IMG/VR virus record: IMGVR_UViG_3300028534_000023
Coordinates: 9,641 to 73,640 of that record
DNA: 64,000 nt
Direction: 5' to 3' (one strand)
Source: a virus
Taxonomy: Duplodnaviria; Caudoviricetes
Shown here: positions 37,296 through 47,805 of the stretch, piece after piece
Position numbering within the stretch: position 1 is the first letter of the stretch
How the letters are laid out: every line of letters starts with the position of its first letter
Notes under the pieces: model-generated
Seen by the model: only the letters and a program-made list of their open reading frames with translations
What the model was told of the DNA's origin: nothing
Database searches by the model: none
Position numbers and translations under genes: made by a program

Positions 37296-39263
37296 ATGAA
37301 AATAAATAAAAATAAAGTGCTTAAAGATCTTCAAAGCGATTACGAAAACTCTAAGACTCATCAGGAAGCGTGGGTAGGCAAACGTGATTGTTGGATAAGA
37401 GAGACTTACGGAAAGCCTTACGGAAATGAAGTAAAAGGAAGATCGTCTATAGTAAGTAAAGATATAAAACGTCAACTAGAATGGCTTATACCTTCAATGA
37501 CTGATCCGTTTCTAAGCACTCCAGATGTAATAAAATGTAACCCTGTTACTTATGAAGATACTAACGCAGCTAAGCAAAATGAGCTATTGTTGAACACTCA
37601 ATTTGCTAGATTTTTTGATAGGTACAATTTTATAAATAAAGCAGCTAGAGTACTAGCTACTGAAGGTACATGCGTAGTGCAGACTGGGTGGGACTATAAA
37701 TATGAAGAGGTTGAGGTAGAAACGGATGTTATGACTACTGATAATGAAGGAAATTCTATAGTATCAGTAGAAAAAACTACTCAATATAAAACGATAAAAA
37801 ATAGACCTACTGCTAGAGTGTGTAGAGGCGAAGATGTGTTTATAGACCCTACTGCTATGGGAGAGTTTGATGATGCGCAGTTTATAATATATAGATACGA
37901 AACTACGCCTAGTAGTTTGCTTGAAGATGGAAGATATAAAAATATAAAAAAAGTACTACAAAAAATAGTAAGTAAGTATGATGATGATTATGACCCTGAA
38001 GATAGTACAGATTTCGAGTTTAACGACGCTGCTAGAAAGAAATTAGTAGTATATGAGTATTGGGGAAACTATGACTTAAATGGTGACGGTATAGCTGAAC
38101 CTATAGTATGTGTATGGACTGATAGCAATATCATAATACGTTTAGAAGAAAATCCTTTCCCTGATAAAAAACCACCTTTTATAGTAGTTCCGTTTACTCC
38201 TATACCTTTCCAAATGGAGGGCGAAGCTTTAGCAGAAAATATAAGCGATAATCAAAAAATAAAAACTGCTATTGTACGTGGCATGATAGATAATATGGCA
38301 AGATCTAACAACGGTCAAGTAGGTATTCGTAAAGGTGCGTTAAGTCTTGCTGACAAGAAAAAGTTTATCAGTGGTAAAAATTTCGAGTTTAATGGTACTC
38401 CTAACGATTTCTGGCAAGGTAGCTTCAATCACCTCCCTGCCAGTGCTTTCAATATGCTAGAACTTATGAATCATGACATAGAAAGCCAAACAGGTGTGAG
38501 CAGTTTTAGTGGAGGTATCAACTCTAACAGTTTAGGCAGCACTGCCACAGGTGCTAGACTTGCTATGGACTCAACATCTATGAGAAAACTTAATCTTATA
38601 AGAAACATATCAGAAAATCTTGTTAAACCTCTTATGAGAAAATGGATGTCATATAACGCAGAATTTCTCGATGAAGAAGAAGTAATAAGAATAACAAACA
38701 ACGAGTTTATTCCTATTAAACGTGACGACCTTGAAGGCAAGATAGATATTGACATAAGCATCAGTACTACAGAAGATAACAGTGCAAAAGCACAGCAGTT
38801 AAGTTTCTTGTTGCAAACTATAGGTAATAGTATGGGCACAGAACTTATGCAAATAATCTTGTCTGATATAGCGTCATTACAAAAAATGCCTGAACTTGCT
38901 TATAAAATATCTAACTATAAACCACAGGAAGACCCTAATGCTAACACTGCCCGACAACTAGAAATGCAACGACTGCAACTAGAAAACGAAATGCTAAAAG
39001 CACGTATTGCAGATACTTATTCGAGAGCAGAGGAAAACTCTGTAGATGAAGAGCTTAAACATGCTAGAGCTAGGTTAGAAAATGCAAAAGCAGACAAATT
39101 GCTAAGTGACAGGGATTATGTAGATCTTAAGTTTGTTAAAGAAAATATAGGCATCGATCACCAAAACCGTCTTGAGCTAGAAGACTTAAAAGCAAGACTA
39201 AACCTGCTTAGTATGCAGTATCAACATAAGGCAGGTGATACTAACATAGGAGTAATACAATGA
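37296..39263 (+). CDS. Portal protein (N4 gp59-like)
   Basis: GRSSIVSKDIKRQLEW, EGTCVVQTGWDY, VYEYWG, ENPFPDKKPPF, GSTATG motifs. Confidence 0.9.
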   Translation: MKINKNKVLKDLQSDYENSKTHQEAWVGKRDCWIRETYGKPYGNEVKGRSSIVSKDIKRQLEWLIPSMTDPFLSTPDVIKCNPVTYEDTNAAKQNELLLNTQFARFFDRYNFINKAARVLATEGTCVVQTGWDYKYEEVEVETDVMTTDNEGNSIVSVEKTTQYKTIKNRPTARVCRGEDVFIDPTAMGEFDDAQFIIYRYETTPSSLLEDGRYKNIKKVLQKIVSKYDDDYDPEDSTDFEFNDAARKKLVVYEYWGNYDLNGDGIAEPIVCVWTDSNIIIRLEENPFPDKKPPFIVVPFTPIPFQMEGEALAENISDNQKIKTAIVRGMIDNMARSNNGQVGIRKGALSLADKKKFISGKNFEFNGTPNDFWQGSFNHLPASAFNMLELMNHDIESQTGVSSFSGGINSNSLGSTATGARLAMDSTSMRKLNLIRNISENLVKPLMRKWMSYNAEFLDEEEVIRITNNEFIPIKRDDLEGKIDIDISISTTEDNSAKAQQLSFLLQTIGNSMGTELMQIILSDIASLQKMPELAYKISNYKPQEDPNANTARQLEMQRLQLENEMLKARIADTYSRAEENSVDEELKHARARLENAKADKLLSDRDYVDLKFVKENIGIDHQNRLELEDLKARLNLLSMQYQHKAGDTNIGVIQ

Positions 39264-39484
39264 CAGTATTAGAAAGAGCTGCCAGAACAGAAAAAAATGC
39301 AAGCACTTTAAGAAGCATTGAGGAATATAAAAATGCTATGGCTAGAATTGGTGAGCAATTACTAGCATCAAGATCAATTAAAAGTGTAGAAGTAGACCCT
39401 CGTACAGAAATTAGCTATAACAGTACTAGTTATGGCAGTGACTACAATAATGATGGTCTAGCTTCTATGTTAATGCCTAACTAA
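39260..39484 (+). CDS. Hypothetical protein
   Basis: ATGA overlap with the portal gene; AGGAG RBS. Confidence 0.65.
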   Translation: MTVLERAARTEKNASTLRSIEEYKNAMARIGEQLLASRSIKSVEVDPRTEISYNSTSYGSDYNNDGLASMLMPN

Positions 39485-39502
39485 AATAATAAGGAATACG
39501 AT

Positions 39503-39799
39503 ATGATTAATAACACTAACAACGGTCTTGCTGAACAACTTACTGCACCTACTGCAAACAATGTAACTACTGCTGGTAATTACACTAACACAAAAGAAAA
39601 TATTTCACAGCAGCAGATGATGGAATTTATTATGCAGATTGTAGAACTACTCAAACAAGGCGTTACAGAACAAGAGTTGATAAATAACGGAATACCTACA
39701 GAGTTTATAGATATAGCTAAAGAACAGATAGGAACATATAACAATGAAGTAAAACGCAGTGATGAAGGCATAGGACTAGCAGAATTAAGTACTATGTAA
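39503..39799 (+). CDS. Hypothetical protein
   Basis: AAGGA RBS; 98 aa. Confidence 0.65.
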   Translation: MINNTNNGLAEQLTAPTANNVTTAGNYTNTKENISQQQMMEFIMQIVELLKQGVTEQELINNGIPTEFIDIAKEQIGTYNNEVKRSDEGIGLAELSTM

Positions 39800-39808
39800 G
39801 CTTAAGTT

Positions 39809-39828
39809 AAGTTTAAGTTAAATATAAT
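39809..39828 (+). promoter_or_regulatory. Sigma70-like promoter, TATAAT preceded by TTAAG repeats
   Basis: cttaagttaagtttaagttaaatataattt upstream of the head genes. Confidence 0.5.
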
Positions 39829-39881
39829 TTCGTATTGATTACATTTTCTGTGTGTCGATACAACATTTAAAGGATTCATTT

Positions 39882-40187
39882 ATGAACAACCAAAAACCAA
39901 CTGAAGAACTGTTTACAGTTGATAATGAAAAGTATGTAAAACTTAACGAAGCATTATCACGACTTAAAGAAAATGAAGATTTTCAAACTTTGATACTTAA
40001 TGGTTACTTTAAGGATAAAGCTATAAGTAGTGTTAGTATGCTAGCAGCTCCTTACACGATGCAAACAGGTGCACGTAAAGATGTTCTTGAGCAATTAATT
40101 GCTATTAGTTACTTAGAAGATTACTTTATCACTATCGAAAATCTAGGTGCTGTTACACCTGATGAAGATGAAGATGGAGATAGTTAA
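39882..40187 (+). CDS. Conserved head-region protein (N4 gp58 position)
   Basis: EALSRLKENEDFQTLILNGYF pattern; AAGGA RBS before the ATG at 39882. Confidence 0.7.
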   Translation: MNNQKPTEELFTVDNEKYVKLNEALSRLKENEDFQTLILNGYFKDKAISSVSMLAAPYTMQTGARKDVLEQLIAISYLEDYFITIENLGAVTPDEDEDGDS

Positions 40188-41332
40188 TGGCTAAGCAATA
40201 TACAGACGACGAACTATTTACAATGAGTGATGAAGAGTTTGAACAAGTTTTAGCTGAAGATGCTTCTGGTGTTGATGAGTTTATTGATGATTCTACAGAT
40301 ACGGAACAACCTGATGGTGTACAGGATTCCGACAATAATGCTGATTATGAAACTGATATTACTGATGACTCAGATTCTAGGAGTACTGACGATATTGAAG
40401 ACAACCCTGCTGAAGAGGGCTCTGATGTCTCTGAAGACCACCCTACAGAAACTGAAACTGATGATGTCGATGAACAAACAGAAGAAAGTACTGATATTAA
40501 TGAAGAAACCACTGCTGCTGAAAACACTAAATCTGACAAAAAAGTATTTAGAGCTAACGGAGTAGATTACGAGTTTACTCCTGAAGAGATTATGGAGAAG
40601 TTTCCTATAGTATTTGCTCAAGCTATGGATTATACTAAAAAAACACAACGTATAAAACCATACAGTAAAACTATTGATGCTATAGAGCAGGCTGGTTTAA
40701 CTCATGATGACATAAATTTGGCTATTGATGTACTTAAAGGAGACAAAGATGCTCTTACTGAGGTATTAAAAAGAACAGGTGTAGATGCCCTCGATTTAGA
40801 CCCAGATAATAGTAAATACACTCCTAATGATTATGGTCGTGATGAACATACTCAAGCTCTTGAAGAGACAATTAAACAGATAAGTTTAGACCCTGAATAC
40901 TCAGTTACGCAACGAGTACTTACTCAAGATTGGGATGAAACATCGTTTAACACTGTTACTCAAGATCCTAACATGTTACGTGGATTGCATATCGATGTTA
41001 AGACAGGTACGTATGCCAAACTCTTACCTGTAGCAGAGAAGCTTAAAGTATATGATAATGGTAGAAAACCGTTTATCGAGTATTATAAAGAAGCTGCTTC
41101 TAAGGTACTTAACAACACTGCAAAAGATGTACATGTAAATACAACACAAAAAGCCCCTGTACAACGTACAGCAGTTGTAAACAAAAGTAAGGCACAGGCT
41201 AGAATTAAAGCAGCTCCTACACGTAAGGCTGTTACTAATTCAAACAACTCTAGCAATAACGGTTTTGACTATATCAATGGATCAGACGAAGAGTTTGAAA
41301 AATGGTATAACAACATAAGAAAGAATAGCTAG
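40187..41332 (+). CDS. Scaffold-like acidic protein (N4 gp57 position)
   Basis: Very acidic N-terminus, FRANG...AMDYTKK; directly upstream of the capsid gene. Confidence 0.75.
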   Translation: MAKQYTDDELFTMSDEEFEQVLAEDASGVDEFIDDSTDTEQPDGVQDSDNNADYETDITDDSDSRSTDDIEDNPAEEGSDVSEDHPTETETDDVDEQTEESTDINEETTAAENTKSDKKVFRANGVDYEFTPEEIMEKFPIVFAQAMDYTKKTQRIKPYSKTIDAIEQAGLTHDDINLAIDVLKGDKDALTEVLKRTGVDALDLDPDNSKYTPNDYGRDEHTQALEETIKQISLDPEYSVTQRVLTQDWDETSFNTVTQDPNMLRGLHIDVKTGTYAKLLPVAEKLKVYDNGRKPFIEYYKEAASKVLNNTAKDVHVNTTQKAPVQRTAVVNKSKAQARIKAAPTRKAVTNSNNSSNNGFDYINGSDEEFEKWYNNIRKNS

Positions 41333-41357
41333 GTTCTTTCTGTAAAGGATATAAATT

Positions 41358-42524
41358 ATGGCAACTAACTTTTATGGTGATGGTACTAACGCAAGTGCTG
41401 GCTCTAATGTAAACTTACACTTTTATGACCGTGTAGGTATCAAAGCAGCTAACAGATCTAGTATTTATTCTCAATTCGCTTCTCGTAAATACATGCCACA
41501 AAAACTCGGCAATGTTTATAAAATTAGTAAGTACTTACATATGTATGATAGATCTGTAACAGATGCAGATTTTGCTTCAAAAGGTTATTTAACTGCTCGT
41601 ACAGCTGCAGAGGTTTCTGCTTCATTGTCGTCTGCATTACTTGCTGAAGGCGCTGGCGCAGTAAATAAAAGAAAACTTCAAAAAGTTACTATGGAAACTC
41701 AACTCGCTCACTATGGAGAGATGGTTGATTATACTGATGAAGTAATTCTTTTCTCTAACGATGATATGCAGGTGAAATATCATGAAGAACTTGGTGAGTT
41801 AGCAAACTCAAGGATAGAAGATCTTATCCAACTAGATATGTTGTCTACTGGTACTGTACTTTATGCTGGTACTGCTACGTCGTTAAGTACAGTAGGTAAG
41901 GACATCGCTGCTGATGGTTCTGAAGACGCTAACTGGATTGCTAACTATGATCTTATGCGTAAAGCTGTTCGTAAACTTGTTCGTAACCGTGCTAACAAAA
42001 ATACAGAAATCGTAACAGGGTCAACAAAAGTGGACACTTCTACTGTACCAAAATCGTACTATGCTATTATTGGTGCAGATGTTAAAGCAGATTTAGAGAC
42101 AGCTACTCGTGGTTCTGGTTCTGAGACTGAATATGTGTTTACCCCTGCTTCACGTTACGCATCTGCACGTACACTTGTTGATGGAGAAGTTGGTGCAATG
42201 CACGAGATTATTTTTATCGAGTCTGAAGGTGCAGTAGTTTATCGTGGTGAAGGTGCTGATGTCCCTGCTGATTATGCAGGTACTTTACAAAACGATGGAT
42301 CTAAGTTCGATGTATTCCCTATTCTTTTCCCTACTAAAGATGCTTTTGCGACAGTCGGTCTAAAAGGTCGTGGAAGAATCAAATTCAACAAACAATCACC
42401 TGAACAAGTTGATAGCAACAATCCTTATGGAACAAACGGGTTCTTCTCGTACAATATGTATTACGGTGGTATCATCCTTGAAGAGGAAAAACTACTTAAA
42501 GTTCTAGTAGCTGCACGTAAATAA
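41358..42524 (+). CDS. Major capsid protein, N4-gp56 family
   Basis: FYDRVGI..A, MPQKLG, LAEGAGAVN, YGEMVDYTDE, GEVGAMHEIIFIES, FDVFPIL, DPYG-like NPYGTNGF. Confidence 0.9.
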   Translation: MATNFYGDGTNASAGSNVNLHFYDRVGIKAANRSSIYSQFASRKYMPQKLGNVYKISKYLHMYDRSVTDADFASKGYLTARTAAEVSASLSSALLAEGAGAVNKRKLQKVTMETQLAHYGEMVDYTDEVILFSNDDMQVKYHEELGELANSRIEDLIQLDMLSTGTVLYAGTATSLSTVGKDIAADGSEDANWIANYDLMRKAVRKLVRNRANKNTEIVTGSTKVDTSTVPKSYYAIIGADVKADLETATRGSGSETEYVFTPASRYASARTLVDGEVGAMHEIIFIESEGAVVYRGEGADVPADYAGTLQNDGSKFDVFPILFPTKDAFATVGLKGRGRIKFNKQSPEQVDSNNPYGTNGFFSYNMYYGGIILEEEKLLKVLVAARK

Positions 42525-42541
42525 TAGAGTTATGCACAACC

Positions 42542-42571
42542 TAACCCATGCACAGCAGTGTGCTAGGGTTA
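42542..42571 (+). terminator. Hairpin downstream of the capsid gene
   Basis: taaccc-at-gcaca-gcag-tgtgc-ta-gggtta. Confidence 0.55.
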
Positions 42572-42616
42572 TGTAACGTATTTCTCACACACTACTCTTT
42601 CATACTCAATTGACAC

Positions 42617-42645
42617 TTGATCTATATTTATTTTTACGGTATACT
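42617..42645 (+). promoter_or_regulatory. Sigma70-type promoter
   Basis: TTGATC-17 nt-TATACT upstream of the ORF at 42683. Confidence 0.55.
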
Positions 42646-42682
42646 TCATTATTACATAACATAGATAAAGGACAATACTAAC

Positions 42683-43195
42683 ATGAGTAAAGTAGAACAA
42701 TCATTAGAAACATTGAAGCAAGAGGCTGATGAATTAGGTATTAAATATAGTGGTAACATAGGAGTTACAGCTTTGCAAGCTAAGATTGACGCACACTATA
42801 AGAAAATAGAAGAAGGAGACTCTTCTAATAGTGTTAACGAAATCCCTGGAGTACCTACAAACAATACAACTTTACCTACAAAAGCAAAGTCATTTTTAGA
42901 AAAAGCCAGAGATGCTGAAAAAGCAGCTCGTAAAACTCTTGTAGTTCGCATTCTTGATAACGATCAAAGACAAAATAACCATACTACTACAGTTACTGCC
43001 CATTGTAGTAATGCTATGTTTGATCTTGGGTCTGTAGTACTTCCATTAAACATGCCTGTAGAAGTTATGCAAGGTCATATTGACACTCTCAAAGAAGTTC
43101 AGATACCTGCTCACGTAAAAGACTACAAAACTGGACTTGCTACAACAGAACTTCGTCCTAGATATACTATTTCTGTTGTTTCAGATACTAAGTAA
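42683..43195 (+). CDS. Conserved late protein (N4 gp55 position)
   Basis: LKQEADELGIKYSGNIG..LQAKI N-terminus; synteny. Confidence 0.7.
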   Translation: MSKVEQSLETLKQEADELGIKYSGNIGVTALQAKIDAHYKKIEEGDSSNSVNEIPGVPTNNTTLPTKAKSFLEKARDAEKAARKTLVVRILDNDQRQNNHTTTVTAHCSNAMFDLGSVVLPLNMPVEVMQGHIDTLKEVQIPAHVKDYKTGLATTELRPRYTISVVSDTK

Positions 43196-43227
43196 ATATA
43201 CTTACAAACACAATATAGTAGTGTAAA

Positions 43228-43581
43228 ATGCCTGTAAATATCGATTCACTTACGTCTAATGTTACTGAAGATGTTTCTACATTCGAAGTTACTGGAGATG
43301 GTATTTTTGACAAATTAATGGAAACTATAACTAAACATATAAGTATTCAATACAAAGCAGGTAGAATATCTGGTAACGATTATGCTACAGTATACGTAAC
43401 ATCGTTACAAGCTGCTTTACAGCAGTCTATGGAATTTGTTCTTAAAGAGGAACTTACTAATTTAGAGATAGAAAAAGCTATAAAAAGCAATGCTTTATTA
43501 GACTGCGAGTTAGATAAGTGTAAAAAATTACTATTCAAAGAAATGCGTGGTATTAATTATACAGATAGTACAGATGTTTAG
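43228..43581 (+). CDS. Virion structural protein
   Basis: GDGIFDKLM...GRISGNDYATVY motif, resembling N4 gp54-type N-termini. Confidence 0.7.
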   Translation: MPVNIDSLTSNVTEDVSTFEVTGDGIFDKLMETITKHISIQYKAGRISGNDYATVYVTSLQAALQQSMEFVLKEELTNLEIEKAIKSNALLDCELDKCKKLLFKEMRGINYTDSTDV

Positions 43582-43602
43582 CGATAAGGAGTATAATAAA
43601 TT

Positions 43603-44454
43603 ATGGCAGTTGTATACAACAAAGAAGTAGTAGGTTCTTTAGATGTAATTCCTACATTTATAGCAATTATGCAAGAGTCTACTGGAAAAGATTCTGTTTA
43701 TATTAGGGCTAAAGAGACTATGCAAAATTTCTTAGACTCTGCTAATATGTCTGACGTAGAGAAAGCTTCACAACTACAGCAAACACTTGTAAGCATAACT
43801 GCAAATCTTACAGACGCTGCATTAAACGCTTCTATACAAATAGCTAAAGAAGATAGAGAAGCTCCTTATAAATTGGCTGAACAGCGTGAGTCTACTTTAC
43901 TAAAACAACAACAAAGAGAAAATCTTGCAAAAGAATATGATAACATGGTACTGCAAGGCGATGCTATGGAGATTGATACACAGTTGAAAGTAGTTAAAGG
44001 GTGGGCAGAACAAGCTGCTATGGAGAAAGACTACGGCATTGACTTGTCTAATCTTCCTACTACATCTACTGTAAAACTACCTGAAACAGCTATACGTGAT
44101 AGGGGTACTAGATGGGAACAGATGCAGCAAACCAAAATGTCTGTGTATGCTACGTTAGCTAAATCGTATAGGGAGAACGGTGTGGTATCTTGGACTGTAG
44201 ATGATGAAACAAACAAAATCAACACTATAACTGACTTAGCTCCAAACACACCTGGTCTAACTAAAAGACAAGAAGACGTAGCTATACGACAAAAACAGTC
44301 ATTTAATGATAATATGGCTCAACATGCTGCAAATTCAAGCGCTAATATGATAGGATTGTTACTATCTGCAGCTGATGCAGGTGCTATCACTGATAATGAC
44401 GTAGATAGATGGCGTAGAGCTTTAGATTACTTACTGTCAGGAACTACAAACTAA
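43603..44454 (+). CDS. Virion structural protein
   Basis: Helical 283-aa ORF in the late operon. Confidence 0.7.
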   Translation: MAVVYNKEVVGSLDVIPTFIAIMQESTGKDSVYIRAKETMQNFLDSANMSDVEKASQLQQTLVSITANLTDAALNASIQIAKEDREAPYKLAEQRESTLLKQQQRENLAKEYDNMVLQGDAMEIDTQLKVVKGWAEQAAMEKDYGIDLSNLPTTSTVKLPETAIRDRGTRWEQMQQTKMSVYATLAKSYRENGVVSWTVDDETNKINTITDLAPNTPGLTKRQEDVAIRQKQSFNDNMAQHAANSSANMIGLLLSAADAGAITDNDVDRWRRALDYLLSGTTN

Positions 44455-44456
44455 TC

Positions 44457-44819
44457 ATGATTACTGATTTTGTTGTACCTAAGGGAAAATATTTTCAATT
44501 TTACTTAAATATAAGAGAGGCAGATAGTTTTATCGCACAGAATTTAGATTCTTGCGACTCTGCTAACTTTACGTTGCTAGAATCTGATACGTTAAATAAT
44601 GTATTTACAGAGGCGTTAGAAATAGTCGATTCTGCAAATGGTAAAGTAAAAGGGTCTATAGATTCTGCAGTTACTGATACATTAAAAGTAGATAGGGGAA
44701 ATAAAGAAGATAACTATTACTTAAAGCCTACATATAAGCTTAACATATATCTAACTTTTTCAGATGACACTCCACCTATAACTGCATCTATAGACAAGGT
44801 TTACATACTACCTACATAA
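44457..44819 (+). CDS. Beta-rich virion protein
   Basis: 120-aa ORF in the late operon. Confidence 0.65.
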   Translation: MITDFVVPKGKYFQFYLNIREADSFIAQNLDSCDSANFTLLESDTLNNVFTEALEIVDSANGKVKGSIDSAVTDTLKVDRGNKEDNYYLKPTYKLNIYLTFSDDTPPITASIDKVYILPT

Positions 44820-44854
44820 GTTAATTCTTATGTATTGTGAAAAGGCATAAATAA

Positions 44855-47800
44855 ATGGATACAACTGTACACGTTGACGGCACACCAACAGTTAGCGTAG
44901 AATCTGCTAGTATAATAGATGCAGCTATACCAACTACATACAGTTCCAACAAGGCTATGCACACTGTAGAATCTTCTACAAATGTATTTAGCGTAGTTCC
45001 TAAAGGGTTTTATTCTGGTAATTTGTCAGGTAATATACCTACATGGCTTGATGAAGCAGTTACTCAAGCAGTTGCTAATGGAACTGTGTCACTGTCGCAG
45101 GCTATAGCAGACCTTAACACATATGTAAACTCGATAGATGAGGGTGTACGTCAAAGTATCTCAAACATAAACAACGCAACTGAGAAACTTAACGGACTCA
45201 TAACTACAGTGAAGACCGAATCTGAAGAAGGTATAGCTGCTATATCGGATGTGCTAGTAACTAAAGTTACTGCAGACGAAGCCTCTGCTATATCGCAAAC
45301 TGTAGTAGGCTCTGTTTTTTCTGGAGATGGTAATGAGATTGTAAACAGTTGGCTTATTAATAGTATGAAAACATACACTGACGCTACTACTGCAAATACT
45401 ACAACAACTAATATGTTAGTATCTGCTATAAACAACCCTAACACAGGGTTGGAAGCAACTGCAGCTAATATTGCTGCTGGGTATGCAACTGTAGGGCTAA
45501 ACTCTGACGGTACTCTTAATTCTATGGCTGGAGAGCTTGGTAGATTGACTGCTACAGCGTACGGAATAGAGGCTAGGCTTATTACATCTGACGGAGTAGC
45601 TTCAGGTAAATTTGAAGAATGGGATGAAACGTCAGACCCTAAAATAGGTATGATACACACAGAGCCTGACGGTACTATATTTCAATATTTTGGTGGATCT
45701 TACGATGAAGGGTATCAAATAGGTTGGAAAAAGCTGGATAAAAATATATTTAGAATTACATCTGATCTTAACGGTAAGATAGATGCTATAGCAGACGGTC
45801 TACAAAATCAGCTTGACGGTAATATAACTACTTGGTTTTTTTCTGGCTCTCCTGAATTTTCTGAAAATGATGCAGATTTTGTATCATCTAACAACGAAGC
45901 TGATTTAACTGCTGGATCTTTGATATGGAGTCTTGTTGATAGATGTATGTTTGTGTACAACGGTGATGACAATACCGTTGATCTTACTACTGTAACCTTT
46001 GTTACTGATACTGACTATACACCTGTGTACAAGTTAAATAATGCAGATAAAGACTGGTATGCTGATGACAACGTCGATACATCGTACGGGTACGTGTGGT
46101 ATGTAGATGACTCTATACAACCAGTACTTGATACCACTGTTGACGTGTCTATTGTTACAAGGGTGCAACATGTAGGTGATTTGTACTACGATAGAATTAC
46201 AGGATATGCTTATAGGTTTGCGTACGAAGATTTACCTGATGATACACCAGACAGAGGTACTTATTTCAGTTGGATAAAAATAACTGACGTAGATATAACT
46301 AAAGCACTTGCTGACGCAGCTCAAGCTCAAGATACTGCTGATAGCAAGCGTAGAGTATTTGGTGGTTCATATTTAGTTGACGGACATCCTTATACTCCAT
46401 ACGACGAAGGCGATTTGTGGGCTAGAGAATTTACTGAAGGCACTGAGATGTGGAAGTCTACTGTAAACAGGGCTAGTGGAGAGTCATTTAATGAAGTAGA
46501 TTGGGTAAAAGTCAGTACTGATACAGTTGTTGCTGTATGGGCTGCTGGAGCTAGTAAACTTATTACTGACCCCAATACAGGTGCTATAACAGGTTGGAGT
46601 TTTGCTGACGGTAGTGCTATAGCTAGTGAATTTGTTATAAACGCAGATACTTTTTACATCAACAGCTCGTCAAACCCTTCTTATAAACCGTTTGTTGTTG
46701 ATGGAGATCTGATTAAATTTAATGGATACGTGTCATTTGACGGTCTTGGAATAAATTCTTACAGTACTACAATAGACGGTGGTCTCATTGAAACCAATAC
46801 ACTAAATGCTGATACAATAAAAGCAGGTAGTACAATAACTTCACCTGTTGTAGTAGGTGGTAAGTTTATAGGTGGTGTTGTGTCTGGAACTATACTTCAA
46901 ACATCATATAAAGATTATAGAACATCCTTGTTACAAAGTTCACTTACTAATCACCAATTTTCAGAAATACCTAATTCGTTCGGATGGAAAGAAGAGTTAG
47001 AACGTTACGTATTCGCTAAAGATACTGAAGGCAACTTGTTAAAAGATTATGATGATATGTTTAGAATACCTACTACAGAATCATTTACAGCTCACGGTAG
47101 GAATATTGATGTTATCAGATCTCTATCCGAAGACAACGAAGGAACTGTTGTAGGTATTTTAGCTGGAATATACTCAAGCAGTGCTCTGTATCACTCTGGT
47201 ATAGACGAAGATACTGAATTTTTTGAAGGTGCTATATTCGGAAATAGATTAATACATAACAATCTATGCTATTTATCAAACTTTCCTACGTCTACATATA
47301 TAGAACTGCAAGCAAATACCGGTAATGGAGAATATCAAGAACTTGAAACAGATGTAGTTCTAAACATTTTTGGTAAAACCTTGCACATACACTGTTTTGT
47401 AGAAAAAAAGCATTATGCAGACTTGACTACAAACAACGATACTGGATTTTCTATAAGTATTGATGATTCTGTTATACATTCATATACTGTACAAGGCGAT
47501 GAAACTGCTAATGAACATTTCGACCTAACTATAAATATTTCTGAATATTTAGCGTGTACTATAAATGTTTCTGTACAAAACTATACTAGTACAGACGGTT
47601 CTACAAAAAACTGCGTTGTTATACTAGACATGAAATTTGCTGATATGGATTCAATTAGAGAAATTGAAGTTTATGGAGATGATTCAGAACTCTGTACATA
47701 TTACTCATATAGTAGAGTTAAACGTGGTTCTGGAGATGCTCCGTTAGCATGCGTTCATTCAATAAATTGTGATGACTTTCTTGTTACAAACATAATATAG
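44855..47800 (+). CDS. Tail protein
   Basis: Coiled-coil N-terminal half; AQDTADSKRRVF..PYDEGDLW and ITGWSFADG..SEFVINADTF tail-tip-like segments. Confidence 0.75.
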   Translation: MDTTVHVDGTPTVSVESASIIDAAIPTTYSSNKAMHTVESSTNVFSVVPKGFYSGNLSGNIPTWLDEAVTQAVANGTVSLSQAIADLNTYVNSIDEGVRQSISNINNATEKLNGLITTVKTESEEGIAAISDVLVTKVTADEASAISQTVVGSVFSGDGNEIVNSWLINSMKTYTDATTANTTTTNMLVSAINNPNTGLEATAANIAAGYATVGLNSDGTLNSMAGELGRLTATAYGIEARLITSDGVASGKFEEWDETSDPKIGMIHTEPDGTIFQYFGGSYDEGYQIGWKKLDKNIFRITSDLNGKIDAIADGLQNQLDGNITTWFFSGSPEFSENDADFVSSNNEADLTAGSLIWSLVDRCMFVYNGDDNTVDLTTVTFVTDTDYTPVYKLNNADKDWYADDNVDTSYGYVWYVDDSIQPVLDTTVDVSIVTRVQHVGDLYYDRITGYAYRFAYEDLPDDTPDRGTYFSWIKITDVDITKALADAAQAQDTADSKRRVFGGSYLVDGHPYTPYDEGDLWAREFTEGTEMWKSTVNRASGESFNEVDWVKVSTDTVVAVWAAGASKLITDPNTGAITGWSFADGSAIASEFVINADTFYINSSSNPSYKPFVVDGDLIKFNGYVSFDGLGINSYSTTIDGGLIETNTLNADTIKAGSTITSPVVVGGKFIGGVVSGTILQTSYKDYRTSLLQSSLTNHQFSEIPNSFGWKEELERYVFAKDTEGNLLKDYDDMFRIPTTESFTAHGRNIDVIRSLSEDNEGTVVGILAGIYSSSALYHSGIDEDTEFFEGAIFGNRLIHNNLCYLSNFPTSTYIELQANTGNGEYQELETDVVLNIFGKTLHIHCFVEKKHYADLTTNNDTGFSISIDDSVIHSYTVQGDETANEHFDLTINISEYLACTINVSVQNYTSTDGSTKNCVVILDMKFADMDSIREIEVYGDDSELCTYYSYSRVKRGSGDAPLACVHSINCDDFLVTNII

Positions 47801-47805
47801 GATGT

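Noticed and set aside
42610-42615. Perfect TTGACA as the -35 of the promoter upstream of 42683
   Set aside because: It is 24 nt from TATACT; TTGATC at 17 nt spacing fits better.
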